Shown: positions 16,127 through 24,965, numbered from the stretch's first letter. The stretch is 34,730 bases of DNA from a virus (IMGVR_UViG_3300050330_000086:1-34730); one strand, 5' to 3'. Numbers and translations: made by a program. The notes: generated from the sequence alone by a model not told the origin.

Positions 16127-17769
16127 TGTCTGGCCCTCTGACAAAAGAACAGTGGGAGCAGGTCCGCCGCGAAAGCATTGCGAATCTCGACCATGTTATC
16201 GACGCGGTCGGCTTGCCCGATGTGCTTCTCGGCTACCAGTCCCGCACGGTGGCGAAGCTTGAGAGCGGCACGGCCGTCCTGGTCATCGAAAAGTCCCGAC
16301 GCATCGGCCTGACCTGGGGGCTTGCCTCCTACGCTGTGCTGAGGGCCAGCCGCATCAAGTCGGCCGGCGGCATGGACGCCATGTACATCTCCTATTCGCA
16401 GGAGATGACGCGTGAGTTCATCGACGCCTGCGCCATGTGGGCACGGGTCTTCGCAGAAGCCGCCATCTCTCAGGACGAATTCCTGTTTGATGACACGGAC
16501 CCAGCGCATCCCGACGAAACACGGCAGATTCAGGCGTTCCGCATCCGGTTCGCCTCGGGCTTCGAGATTCTCGCGCTGTCGTCGGCGCCGCGCACGCTGC
16601 GCGGCAAGCAGGGCCTGGTCATCATCGACGAGGCGGCCTTCGTCGATAGTCTGAAGGAGTTGCTGAAGGCGGCACTGGCCTTCCTGATGTGGGGCGGCCA
16701 GGTCGTGGTATGTTCGACGCACAACGGCACCGACAACGAATTCAACATCCAGGTGCAGGATATCCTCGGCGGCCGGTCGAAGTTCGCGCACATGCGCATC
16801 GACTTCGACGAGGCGCTGCTCGACGGCCTGTACCAACGCATTTGCCTTGTCACCGGCAAGGAGTGGTCGCCGGCGGCCGAGGCTGCGTGGCGACAGGATA
16901 TCATCGATTTCTACGGCGACGGCGCCGATGAAGAGCTGTTCTGCATCCCCTCGATGGGCTCGGGCGCCTGGCTAACCACGCCGCTGATCGAGGCGCGCAT
17001 GACGCTGGACCCGGCAGAGGCGCCGATCATCCGCATCGCGCTGCCGGCCGACTATTTGCAACGGCCGAAGGTGGAACGCGACCATTTGATGGCGCTCCAT
17101 CTCGATGCGATCAAGGAGGTTCTGGCCGGGCTGGACCGAAGCCGGCTGCACGCCTTCGGCTACGACCCGGCGCGCAAGAACGATCCGGCGGTCATGGTCT
17201 TGCTGGCGATCGACCAGGTGCTCAACCGGCGATCCGCGCTGACCGTGGAACTGCGCAACGTCCCCTATGCCGAGCAGAAGCAGATCGCCGAGATGATCCT
17301 GCACCACGCCCCCAGGCTGACGGGCGCGGCGATCGACGCCACCGGCTCCGGCGCTAACCTCGCCGAGGATCTCGGGCGCATCTTCGGCATCCATGCTGAT
17401 GACCATCCCGGCGGACTGGTCTGGCAGATCACGCTGTCGCGCGGCTGGTACAACGAGCATCTGTCGCCCCTTAAAACCGCCTTTGAAGACGGCTCGATCG
17501 CGCTGGCAAAGGATTCCGAACACACTGTCGACCTGCGCCTGATCAAGGTGGTGCGTGGCATCCCCATGGTCCCAGATGAGCGGGTCGGGGAAGCCGGCGC
17601 CAAGCGGCACGGTGACTTCGCGGTTGCGCTGGGCCTGGCGCATTTCGCCAGCCGCATGCAGTGGCACGAATACGGCTACACGACGGCGGCAGATCAGGCT
17701 GGCGGTTTCGGCGGCGACGCGGCGGATGACGACGATGGTGGCGGCGATTTCGGGAGACGGGCATGGTGA
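16126..17769 (+). CDS. terminase large subunit, Mu gp28-like, 547 aa
   Basis: LLGYQ, EKSRRIGLTW (Walker A), IIDEAAF (Walker B), STHNG, IDATGSG and HGDFAVA. Confidence 0.95.
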   Translation: MSGPLTKEQWEQVRRESIANLDHVIDAVGLPDVLLGYQSRTVAKLESGTAVLVIEKSRRIGLTWGLASYAVLRASRIKSAGGMDAMYISYSQEMTREFIDACAMWARVFAEAAISQDEFLFDDTDPAHPDETRQIQAFRIRFASGFEILALSSAPRTLRGKQGLVIIDEAAFVDSLKELLKAALAFLMWGGQVVVCSTHNGTDNEFNIQVQDILGGRSKFAHMRIDFDEALLDGLYQRICLVTGKEWSPAAEAAWRQDIIDFYGDGADEELFCIPSMGSGAWLTTPLIEARMTLDPAEAPIIRIALPADYLQRPKVERDHLMALHLDAIKEVLAGLDRSRLHAFGYDPARKNDPAVMVLLAIDQVLNRRSALTVELRNVPYAEQKQIAEMILHHAPRLTGAAIDATGSGANLAEDLGRIFGIHADDHPGGLVWQITLSRGWYNEHLSPLKTAFEDGSIALAKDSEHTVDLRLIKVVRGIPMVPDERVGEAGAKRHGDFAVALGLAHFASRMQWHEYGYTTAADQAGGFGGDAADDDDGGGDFGRRAW

Positions 17770-19382
17770 CCTCGCGCATACTCGGGCCTGATGGCCAGCC
17801 GATCGTCAAGGAGTTGCTCGCCACCGAAGTGGCCGCTCCAACAGTCGCCGGCGTCCGTCGCGTGCATGAGGAGCGGGTGGCCACCGGTATGACGCCTGAT
17901 CGCCTCGCGCGGATCTTGCACTCGGCCGCCGAGGGCAACGCGCGCGACTATTTGACCCTCGCCGAGGAGATGGAGGAGCGCTACCTGCACTATGCCTCGC
18001 AGCTGCAGACGCGCCGCCTCGCCATCGAGAGCGTGGATATCGCCGTTGAAGCGCATAGGGAGGTGCCCTCCAAAATCGTAGACGCCACCAAGGAGCTGGT
18101 CGAGGAAGCCAGCTTCCGGGAGGCTTTAGGGGCCTTGTCGGACGGCATCGCCAAGGGCATCGCCGCCGTCGAGATGATGTGGGAGTACCAGCGCAAGGCG
18201 CTGCGCCCGGTCGAATATATCTTCCGCGATGCGCGCTTCTTCCAGTTCGACCGCCTGTCCCTTTCGGAACTGCGCCTGGCTGTTGACGGCTCGCTCGAAG
18301 GCGCGCCGCTGCCGGCGGCCAAGTTCCTGCGCCATCTTCCGCGCGCCAAGATGGGCATCCCCTACCGGCGCGGCGTCGCCCGGCCGGCCGCCTGGGCCTA
18401 TCTGATCCAGACATTCACGTTGCAGGACTGGGCCGGGTTTTCCGAAGTGTACGGCATGCCCTTGCGCGTCGGCAAATATCACAGCGGCGCCTCCGAGAGC
18501 GACAAACGCACGTTGTTGAAGGCCGTCACCTCGATCGCCAACGACGCGGCGGCGATCATTCCCGAGGGCATGTCGGTCGAGTTTCACGAGGTCTCCGGCC
18601 AGCAGGGCGCGGCCGTGTTCGGCGGCCTGCTCGAATATGTCGACAAGCAGATCTCCAAGCTCGTCGTCGGCCAGACGATGACGTCCGACGACGGCTCCTC
18701 GCTCGGCCAGGCCAAGATCCACAACGAGGTCCGCCTCGACATCCTGCGCGCCGACTGCGCCCAGCTCGCCGCCACCGTCACGCGCGACCTGGTCCAGCCA
18801 TTCGTTGCCATGAACTTCGGGCCGCAGGATCACTATCCGCAGCTCACCATGCCGGTGCCCGACCCCGAGGACCTGGAGGTGCTCACCAACGGCGTCACCT
18901 CGCTGGTGCCGTTCGGGCTTCGCGTGTCGGAGCGCGAGATGCGCGAGAAGTTCGGGCTGTCCGAGCCGAGCGAGGGCGACGTGCTGCTGACGACGCCAAA
19001 GCGGGCGCCGGTGCCTGGCGATACCGCCGCGCCCGACCAGTCCAAGGCGCGATGGTCGAAACGCCAGAAGAAATTCGAGTCTTTCGCCGCCGGACACGGC
19101 GAGCGCTGCCGCTGCCCGGATTGCCTGGAGACGCTGGCGGCCGAGGTCGAGGCCGGCAACGCCCATGACGCCGTCGACGCGCTGCTTGAAGGCGCTTTGA
19201 GCGACTGGGAGGAAGTGACGGCGCCCCTGCTTAGCCCGCTCACCACCATCATCGAGACGGCGACCAGCTACGAGGAGGCGCTCGCCATGCTGGAGGCGGC
19301 CGGGCCGGGCGGCACGAAGCTGGCGGAGAAGCTCGCGCGGCTGACCGCGATCTCGCGCGGCCTCGGCGACGTGATGGACTGA
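17763..19382 (+). CDS. portal protein, Mu gp29/DUF935 family, 539 aa
   Basis: EEMEERYLHY, FSEVYGMPLRVGKY, ISKLVVGQTMTSD and HNEVRLDI. Confidence 0.95.
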   Translation: MVTSRILGPDGQPIVKELLATEVAAPTVAGVRRVHEERVATGMTPDRLARILHSAAEGNARDYLTLAEEMEERYLHYASQLQTRRLAIESVDIAVEAHREVPSKIVDATKELVEEASFREALGALSDGIAKGIAAVEMMWEYQRKALRPVEYIFRDARFFQFDRLSLSELRLAVDGSLEGAPLPAAKFLRHLPRAKMGIPYRRGVARPAAWAYLIQTFTLQDWAGFSEVYGMPLRVGKYHSGASESDKRTLLKAVTSIANDAAAIIPEGMSVEFHEVSGQQGAAVFGGLLEYVDKQISKLVVGQTMTSDDGSSLGQAKIHNEVRLDILRADCAQLAATVTRDLVQPFVAMNFGPQDHYPQLTMPVPDPEDLEVLTNGVTSLVPFGLRVSEREMREKFGLSEPSEGDVLLTTPKRAPVPGDTAAPDQSKARWSKRQKKFESFAAGHGERCRCPDCLETLAAEVEAGNAHDAVDALLEGALSDWEEVTAPLLSPLTTIIETATSYEEALAMLEAAGPGGTKLAEKLARLTAISRGLGDVMD

Positions 19383-19384
19383 CC

Positions 19385-19621
19385 ATGGCCAGAGTTCACT
19401 CCTCGGAAGTCCATGAACGCCGCCACCGCGTCATCATCGACCGCCACGAGCTGAAGCGCATCGTGGCCGATGCCGTCGCCAGGGAACTCGGCATCGGTCT
19501 CAGTCGCCCGGGTGTGACGATGGACTTCGAGTTCCGGGACGAAACCGAGGGGTCGCCGCGCTACAAGGTCGGCGTCGGCGTCATCGTCGATGTCGTCGAG
19601 GATCTGGCGGGCGGCCCCTGA
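19385..19621 (+). CDS. hypothetical protein inserted between portal and MuF, 78 aa
   Basis: Clean ORF filling the gap; TGATG-coupled to MuF. Confidence 0.75.
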   Translation: MARVHSSEVHERRHRVIIDRHELKRIVADAVARELGIGLSRPGVTMDFEFRDETEGSPRYKVGVGVIVDVVEDLAGGP

Positions 19622-20859
19622 TGGCGCAGCCCCGCAGGGGCTTTGCCCCGCCCTCGGAAGTGCCGGAATACTTCGAGCGCAAGGCGCTGGCGCCGGCCTT
19701 CAAATGGCTGGACGTTTGGGGCGAGGAACACTCCTACGCATTCATGGTCTCCGGCGCCGTCGAGCTGGAGCTGACCCGCACCTTCCGCGATTCGATCGCC
19801 ACCGCGCTGCGCGAAGGCCAGAGCTTCGAGACCTGGCGGCTGAAGATCCGCGAGGATCTGTCGCGGCTCGGCTGGTACGGGCCGCGCGTGGTCTCCGATC
19901 CCGAAGGTCTTGAGCCGGATCGCATCGTCGATTTCTCCTCGACGCGGCGCCTGCGCACCATCTTTTGGGCAAACATGAACTCGGCGCGCGCCGCCGGCCA
20001 GTGGCAGCGCGCGCAGCGCACCAAGAAGTTCCTGCCTTATTTCGTGTACATCCGCACCACCTCGAAGGACCCGCGCGAGGAGCATCTGGAATGGGTCGGC
20101 ATCATCCTGCCCGTCGACCATCCGTTCTGGCAGACGCATTTCCCGCCCAACGGCTGGGGCTGCAAGTGCCAGGTGATGCAGATCACCGAGCGGGAGGCCA
20201 AGCGGCTGCTGGCCCTGAAGCCGGAGCCCGGCGGCATCCGCTACACCACCGAGGTGCCGGATCTCGGCCCGCCCGTCATGCACCGCAACCGCCGCACCGG
20301 CGAGATCACCATGGTGCCCGCCGGCATCGATCCCGGCTGGCACACCAACCCCGGCTATGCGCGTGCCACCACCTTGATGCGCAATCTTGAGGCGGCCGTC
20401 CGCGACGCGACGCCGGCCGAGGCGCAGGCGAAGCTTATCGAGATGTGGGCGGACCCGTTTTTGCGGGTGGCGCCCCTGCTGCCCGAAAAGACCTGGCTGC
20501 CGGCCGGCCTGTCGCCGCGCCTGGCCGAGGAGCTGGCGGGCGCCGTCTCGCCACTGGTGTCGATCGCGGCCGATACCATCGTGACCCGTCTGGTGCGGCA
20601 CGGCATGAGCATGGACGATTTCGCGCTGCTGCCGAAGATCATCGACGCCGGCACCATCCTGGCCGACGATCGCGGCGACCCGGCGGTGCGCGCCATCATC
20701 GCCCGTGTCGGCAAGACCTGGTGGCGGGTGTTCGTCAAGCTGTCGGCCGGCGGCTACCTGCGCGTCAACTCCATGCACCAGCGGCGCGTGGAAGAGATCG
20801 TCAAGGCGCTCGCGCGCGCCGGACTGTCCCTGGACGATGTTCGTGATCTTGCCGGGTGA
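19621..20859 (+). CDS. MuF (gp30) minor head protein with C-terminal extension (PBECR-like nuclease fold suspected), 412 aa
   Basis: RRLRTIF..N, R..H..W.G..LPVDHPFW..HFPPNGWGCKC and PAGIDPGW..NPG; plus about 150 extra C-terminal residues. Confidence 0.92.
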   Translation: MAQPRRGFAPPSEVPEYFERKALAPAFKWLDVWGEEHSYAFMVSGAVELELTRTFRDSIATALREGQSFETWRLKIREDLSRLGWYGPRVVSDPEGLEPDRIVDFSSTRRLRTIFWANMNSARAAGQWQRAQRTKKFLPYFVYIRTTSKDPREEHLEWVGIILPVDHPFWQTHFPPNGWGCKCQVMQITEREAKRLLALKPEPGGIRYTTEVPDLGPPVMHRNRRTGEITMVPAGIDPGWHTNPGYARATTLMRNLEAAVRDATPAEAQAKLIEMWADPFLRVAPLLPEKTWLPAGLSPRLAEELAGAVSPLVSIAADTIVTRLVRHGMSMDDFALLPKIIDAGTILADDRGDPAVRAIIARVGKTWWRVFVKLSAGGYLRVNSMHQRRVEEIVKALARAGLSLDDVRDLAG

Positions 20860-20863
20860 GATG

Positions 20864-20940
20864 GAGGGGCGCGGCAGGGAGGGTCGGCGGGTCCCTCCGC
20901 GGCCAATCTAGGGCAACCGATTTCGCCGCCGCGCACCCTC
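20864..20940 (+). ncRNA. candidate structured RNA (multi-stem junction) immediately after MuF
   Basis: Closing stem GAGGG-GCGCGGC / GCCGCGC-a-CCCTC encloses a GGAGGG/CCCTCC hairpin and a weaker third stem. Confidence 0.4.
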
Positions 20941-21130
20941 AATGTGCTCCCTCGCGCCCAGGAATTCAAGCTTCCGGTTTTAAGGCCCGCTGGCGCGCCT
21001 TCGCTGCTTGCCGCCCCGTCGTGCCTGAAAATCTTTCAAAGGCATTTTCAAAGCCGTTGTGGGCGATTGGCGCCCTATCGGCGGGCGAGGCGAGCGCCAA
21101 ACGCCGGCGGCGCACGTAGCTCGGCCTGAA

Positions 21131-21188
21131 ACGTCATGGGGCTGACAATTGTCAGCCCCATGACGTGGTCCGCGCTTGTCCAATGTGC
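21131..21188 (+). promoter_or_regulatory. putative late promoter 2: 36-bp perfect palindrome + CAATGTGC
   Basis: ACGTCATGGGGCTGACAATTGTCAGCCCCATGACGT (21131-21166); 22-bp core matches 12827-12848 at 21/22 positions. Confidence 0.72.
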
Positions 21189-21192
21189 GCCC

Positions 21193-22206
21193 ATGGACCC
21201 GCGTTTGACAAGCCGCCCCCGCCTCGAACTGTTCGCTGCCTCCGATGCCGACCGGCCGGCGGCCGATGCCGTGACGGGAGCGATCACGTTCGATGTCTAC
21301 GCTGCCGATGCGCAGGCGCAGGAGACGCACGCCGCACCCGAATGGATCAAACTGGCGCCGCGCGGCCGCTTCACCGCGCGCGACGGGCGTCAGCTCGAAG
21401 TCGATCCCGAACTGCTGGTGAGTCGCTTCCGGGCGGACGCCGTCGACGTGCCGATCGACATCGATCACGCCATTCCGAAGAAGGCATTGTTCGGCGATAC
21501 CGCGCCGGCGGTTGCGTGGATCGTGGAGTTGGCGGCGCGCGAGGACGGCCTCTACGGCCGCCCGTCCTGGCTCGATGGCGGGCTCGCCGTGCTCAAGGCG
21601 CGCACCCACCGCTACATCTCGCCGGCCTTCCCGGCCGATGAAAACGGCAAGGCCATTTGGCTGCACTCGGTCGGCCTCGTCGCCGCACCCGGAATCTCCA
21701 TGCCGGCGGTCGCGTCCGCCGACCCCACCCACACTTTCAGGGACCCGACCATGCTCAAGAAGATCGCTATCGCCCTCGGCCTGGCCGAAACCGCCGACGA
21801 GACCGCCTGCCTCGCGGCCATCGCCGCGCATTCGCAGCGGGTGGACAGGGGCGTGCACGAGCAGACGCTCGCCACGCTGTCGGCAACGACCGCCGAACTG
21901 GAGGCGCTGAAGAAGGCGGGCCACGACAAGGAGGTGACCGACCTACTCGAAGGTGCGCTGACGGCGAAGAAGATCACGCCGGCGCAGCGCGCCGAGCTGG
22001 AGCCGCTCTGCGCCACCGCCGGCGGCTTCGACCAGGTCAAGAAACTGATCGATGCCACCGCGCCCGGCCTCGGCGCTTCCGGTCTCGACAAGAAAACGCC
22101 GCCCGGCCAGGTGGCGACGCTGTCGGCCGAGGATCGCGACATCATGCGCGATCTGGGCCTGACTGAGGAACAGTTCCGCAAGGCCAACGGCCTGCCGGCC
22201 GCCTGA
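21193..22206 (+). CDS. head maturation protease, Mu gpI-like (with scaffold C-terminus), 337 aa
   Basis: WIKLAPRGRFTARDGR, PIDIDHA, APAVAWI, RYISPAF and SVGLVAAP. Confidence 0.92.
   Translation: MDPRLTSRPRLELFAASDADRPAADAVTGAITFDVYAADAQAQETHAAPEWIKLAPRGRFTARDGRQLEVDPELLVSRFRADAVDVPIDIDHAIPKKALFGDTAPAVAWIVELAAREDGLYGRPSWLDGGLAVLKARTHRYISPAFPADENGKAIWLHSVGLVAAPGISMPAVASADPTHTFRDPTMLKKIAIALGLAETADETACLAAIAAHSQRVDRGVHEQTLATLSATTAELEALKKAGHDKEVTDLLEGALTAKKITPAQRAELEPLCATAGGFDQVKKLIDATAPGLGASGLDKKTPPGQVATLSAEDRDIMRDLGLTEEQFRKANGLPAA
21751..22206 (+). CDS. nested scaffold protein (Mu gpZ-like), internal in-frame start
   Basis: CAGGGA RBS + ATG at 21751 (MLKKIAIALGLAETADE); Mu I/Z precedent. Confidence 0.55.
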   Translation: MLKKIAIALGLAETADETACLAAIAAHSQRVDRGVHEQTLATLSATTAELEALKKAGHDKEVTDLLEGALTAKKITPAQRAELEPLCATAGGFDQVKKLIDATAPGLGASGLDKKTPPGQVATLSAEDRDIMRDLGLTEEQFRKANGLPAA

Positions 22207-22241
22207 ACGGTGGCGAATCCAGCTTCAACGGAGAATTTTCG

Positions 22242-22646
22242 ATGAGCATGTCCGGCCCCCGCGTCCCCGCCCGTAGGGAGGGGAACAAGAGCACCCCGCC
22301 CGTGAAGGGCTCCACCAAGATCTGGAACGGCGCGCTCGTCGTGATGGATACCGGCCTTGCCGTGCCGGGCAAGGCCGCGACCGGCCTCGTCACCCTCGGC
22401 ATCGCGACCGAGACGGTGGACAACACCAACGGTGGCGACGGCGACGTGAAGGTCACGGTCGAGCGCGGCTGTTTCAAGTTCTTCAACTCCACTTCCACCG
22501 ACGCCATCGCCGCCGCCGACATCGGCAAGGACTGCTACGTCGTCGACGATCAGACGGTCGCCAAGACGAACGGCACCAACACCCGCTCTGTCGCCGGCAA
22601 GGTTGTCGACGTCGATAGCGACGGCGTTTGGGTCCAGGTCGGCTAG
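22242..22646 (+). CDS. head decoration/cement-like protein, 134 aa
   Basis: Lies between protease and capsid; DIGKDCYVVDDQTV...AGKVVDVDSDGVWV. Confidence 0.8.
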   Translation: MSMSGPRVPARREGNKSTPPVKGSTKIWNGALVVMDTGLAVPGKAATGLVTLGIATETVDNTNGGDGDVKVTVERGCFKFFNSTSTDAIAAADIGKDCYVVDDQTVAKTNGTNTRSVAGKVVDVDSDGVWVQVG

Positions 22647-22698
22647 GCCGCGTTCGCACGGCGCCCAATCCAGCAACTTTCAGGAACGGAAACACGAA

Positions 22699-23595
22699 AT
22701 GGCCCGCGTCATCACTCCAGCACTGCTCGAAGCCGCCCAGCGCGGGTTCAAGACCTCCTTCCAGATCGGCTTCGACGGCCACAAGGCCCTGCTGGAATCG
22801 GTCGCCACCGTCGTGACCTCGAACGCATCGGTCGAGGATTACGGATGGCTCAACACCATCCCGAAGCTGCGTGAATGGATAGGCGACCGCCACGTCCACG
22901 GCCTCGGAACCAAGGTCTACTCGATCCGCAACCGCAAGTTCGAGCTCACCATCGGCGTGCTCCGCGACGACATCGAAGACGACAAGCTCGGCCTCTATGC
23001 AAAGCGCTTCGAGATGATGGGCCAGTCGGCCGCCTCGCATCCCGACGAGATCGTGTTTGAGCTGATCAACGGCGCCTTCGCAGCCAACTGCTACGACGGC
23101 CAGTATTTCTTCGACAGCGATCATCCGGTCGGCAAGCCCGGCGCCGTCACGTCGGTCTCGAACGTCCAGTCCGGCGCCGGCGAGACGTGGATCTTGGCCG
23201 ACCTGTCGCGGCCGCTGAAGCCGTTCATCTTCCAGAAGCGCACGGACTACGAGTTCAACCGGCTCGAAGACCCGAACTCGACCGAAAGCGTGTTCATGCG
23301 CGACCAGTACACCTACGGCATCCGCACCCGCGTGGCCGCCGGCTTCGGCTTCTGGCAGATGGCTTTCGGGTCGAAGGCGACGCTCGACGCCACCAACCTG
23401 CGCGCCGCCTACACCGCCATGACCAAGTTCACGGACGATGAAGGCCGGCCTCTCGGTGTGCGGCCGACGCATCTGATCGTCGGGCCGAACAACCAGTTCA
23501 CGGCGCGGGACATCCTGCTCAGCGAACAGATCTCCGGCTCCACCAACACCAACCGCAACCTCGTCCAGCTGATCGAGGCGCCGCTGCTCAAGTAG
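22699..23595 (+). CDS. major capsid protein, Mu gpT-like, 298 aa
   Basis: YGWL..IPKLREWIGDR, DDIEDDKLG, CYDGQYFFDSDHPV, LKPFIFQKR and GFGFWQMAFGS. Confidence 0.96.
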   Translation: MARVITPALLEAAQRGFKTSFQIGFDGHKALLESVATVVTSNASVEDYGWLNTIPKLREWIGDRHVHGLGTKVYSIRNRKFELTIGVLRDDIEDDKLGLYAKRFEMMGQSAASHPDEIVFELINGAFAANCYDGQYFFDSDHPVGKPGAVTSVSNVQSGAGETWILADLSRPLKPFIFQKRTDYEFNRLEDPNSTESVFMRDQYTYGIRTRVAAGFGFWQMAFGSKATLDATNLRAAYTAMTKFTDDEGRPLGVRPTHLIVGPNNQFTARDILLSEQISGSTNTNRNLVQLIEAPLLK

Positions 23596-23642
23596 CGGCG
23601 GCCCACCGATCGCCGACGTGAAGCCGAACGGAGATACCTGAC

Positions 23643-23900
23643 ATGGCGAAGGAAACCACGAAGACCATCCCGCCCGAGGGTGCGGCGGCCCCGATCGAAC
23701 TCGGCAAGGCGCGCATCCGCGTGACGGCGCCCGCCGGCCCGCGCCGGCGTGCCGGCCAGTCGTTCGACACGGCGCCGCGCGACCTGACGATGGAAGATCT
23801 GGGCGAGACGGCCGAGGAGCAGGAGGCGGCGGTGAAGCTGCTGCTGGCCGACCCGATGCTGTCGGTCGCGCCGATCGTCGAGGACGCCGGCAAGGACTGA
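23643..23900 (+). CDS. HI1506/Mu gp35-like small protein, 85 aa
   Basis: RRRAGQSF...LLADPMLSV motif; follows the capsid gene. Confidence 0.75.
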   Translation: MAKETTKTIPPEGAAAPIELGKARIRVTAPAGPRRRAGQSFDTAPRDLTMEDLGETAEEQEAAVKLLLADPMLSVAPIVEDAGKD

Positions 23901-23942
23901 TCCGCCCGCGCATCGGGGGTGCATGGGGGTGCGTGATGCGGT

Positions 23943-23982
23943 GGGGCGGGGTTAGCGGGGCGACCCCGTCCCTCTTTATAAT
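23943..23982 (+). terminator. intrinsic terminator-like hairpin after the capsid cluster
   Basis: GGGGCGGGGTT / GACCCCGTCCC stem (with G-U pairs) followed by TCTTTATAAT. Confidence 0.55.
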
Positions 23983-24000
23983 AGGAAGGCTGACCGGCCC

Positions 24001-24468
24001 ATGACGGCCTATGCGACCATCACCGACCTGGAGCGCCGCTATCCGCAGGAGATCGCCCTGCTTGCGGCCGACGAGCAGACGGGCCTGCGCGTGGATGCGC
24101 GCATCGAGGCCGCCCTTGCCGATGCCTCGGTGGAGATCCGCGCCATCCTCCAGGCGCGCTATTCGCCCGCCGATCTCGCCCGCCTCGACGCCGGCTCGCT
24201 GGAGGTGCTCAAGATCTACTGCATGGACATCGCGCTCTACCGCACGGCAATCGCGTTTTCCCGCACCAGCGACATCATCAAGGAGCGCTACGAGGCGGCC
24301 ATCAAGCGGCTGGAGGCGATCGCCGCCGGCCGTGGCGCGCTCGGTCTGGACGGTCCCGGTGCGGGTGCATCGGGCGACAACAACGAGCCCGCGCATATCG
24401 GCCAGAACGAGGTGGTGGTGGAGGCGCCCGAGCGCATGTTCACCCGCCAGCGGCTCGGGAGGATCTGA
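24001..24468 (+). CDS. head-tail adaptor, Mu gp36/DUF1320 family, 155 aa
   Basis: YATITDL, ALADAS.EI, DIALYR and RYEAAIKRLEAIAAG. Confidence 0.9.
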   Translation: MTAYATITDLERRYPQEIALLAADEQTGLRVDARIEAALADASVEIRAILQARYSPADLARLDAGSLEVLKIYCMDIALYRTAIAFSRTSDIIKERYEAAIKRLEAIAAGRGALGLDGPGAGASGDNNEPAHIGQNEVVVEAPERMFTRQRLGRI

Positions 24469-24965
24469 TGGAGATCGGCGTATCCATCGTCATCGACGCC
24501 AGCTCGATCGACGGCGCGCTGGAAAAGCTGCGGCCGATCCTGGAATTCGAGCCGTCCGAGCTGATGTCGGCGATCGGCGCGATGGGCGAGATGCAGACCC
24601 GCCGCCGCATTTCCTCGGAGAAGACCTCGCCGGACGGCGCGGCCTGGCCGCCGAACCTGAAGGGTACGTCGATTCTGGTCGAGACCGGGCAGCACCTGCT
24701 TGCCTCTGTCGCGCACAGTTCCTCGGCCGAGCAGGCCGAGTGGGGGGCGAGCTGGGAATACGCCCATGTCCACCAGGATGGCATGACCATCACGCCGAAG
24801 AACGCCCGCTATCTCGCGGTGCCGGCCGCAGCCTTCGGCGCCGGCGACGGCGTGCGCTACGCCAAGTCGGTCACCATCCCCGCCCGGCCCTTCGTCGGCA
24901 TCTCCGACGCCAACGCGCAGGAGATCATCGACCTGGTGACAGATCATTTCGGGTTGGCGCAATGA
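24468..24965 (+). CDS. virion morphogenesis protein, Mu gpG / P2 gpS-like, 165 aa
   Basis: SPDGAAW, LVETG.L..S, YAHVHQDG and IPARPFVGIS. Confidence 0.9.
   Translation: MEIGVSIVIDASSIDGALEKLRPILEFEPSELMSAIGAMGEMQTRRRISSEKTSPDGAAWPPNLKGTSILVETGQHLLASVAHSSSAEQAEWGASWEYAHVHQDGMTITPKNARYLAVPAAAFGAGDGVRYAKSVTIPARPFVGISDANAQEIIDLVTDHFGLAQ

Noticed and set aside
20864-20940. tRNA gene
   Set aside because: Size is similar, but there is no TTC T-loop, D-loop or canonical cloverleaf; kept only as a candidate structured RNA
20940-20947. Third CAATGTGC box
   Set aside because: No CTGACA/TGTCAG palindrome at the matching distance upstream
20856-21129. ORFs 20856-21119 and 20944-21129 as a MuF immunity protein
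   Set aside because: Atypical codon usage, low-complexity basic sequence, and overlap with the stem-loop and A/T-tract region; not fully excluded without homology data
23915-23960. G-quadruplex
   Set aside because: The G-runs are adequately explained by Watson-Crick hairpins; there is no independent support
526-24961. Long N-terminal extensions given by the ORF track (starts 526, 1047, 6040, 10094, 12825, 15589, 21136, 22603, 24011)
   Set aside because: They overlap upstream genes or promoter palindromes; downstream starts with an RBS or stop-start coupling fit the family N-termini better
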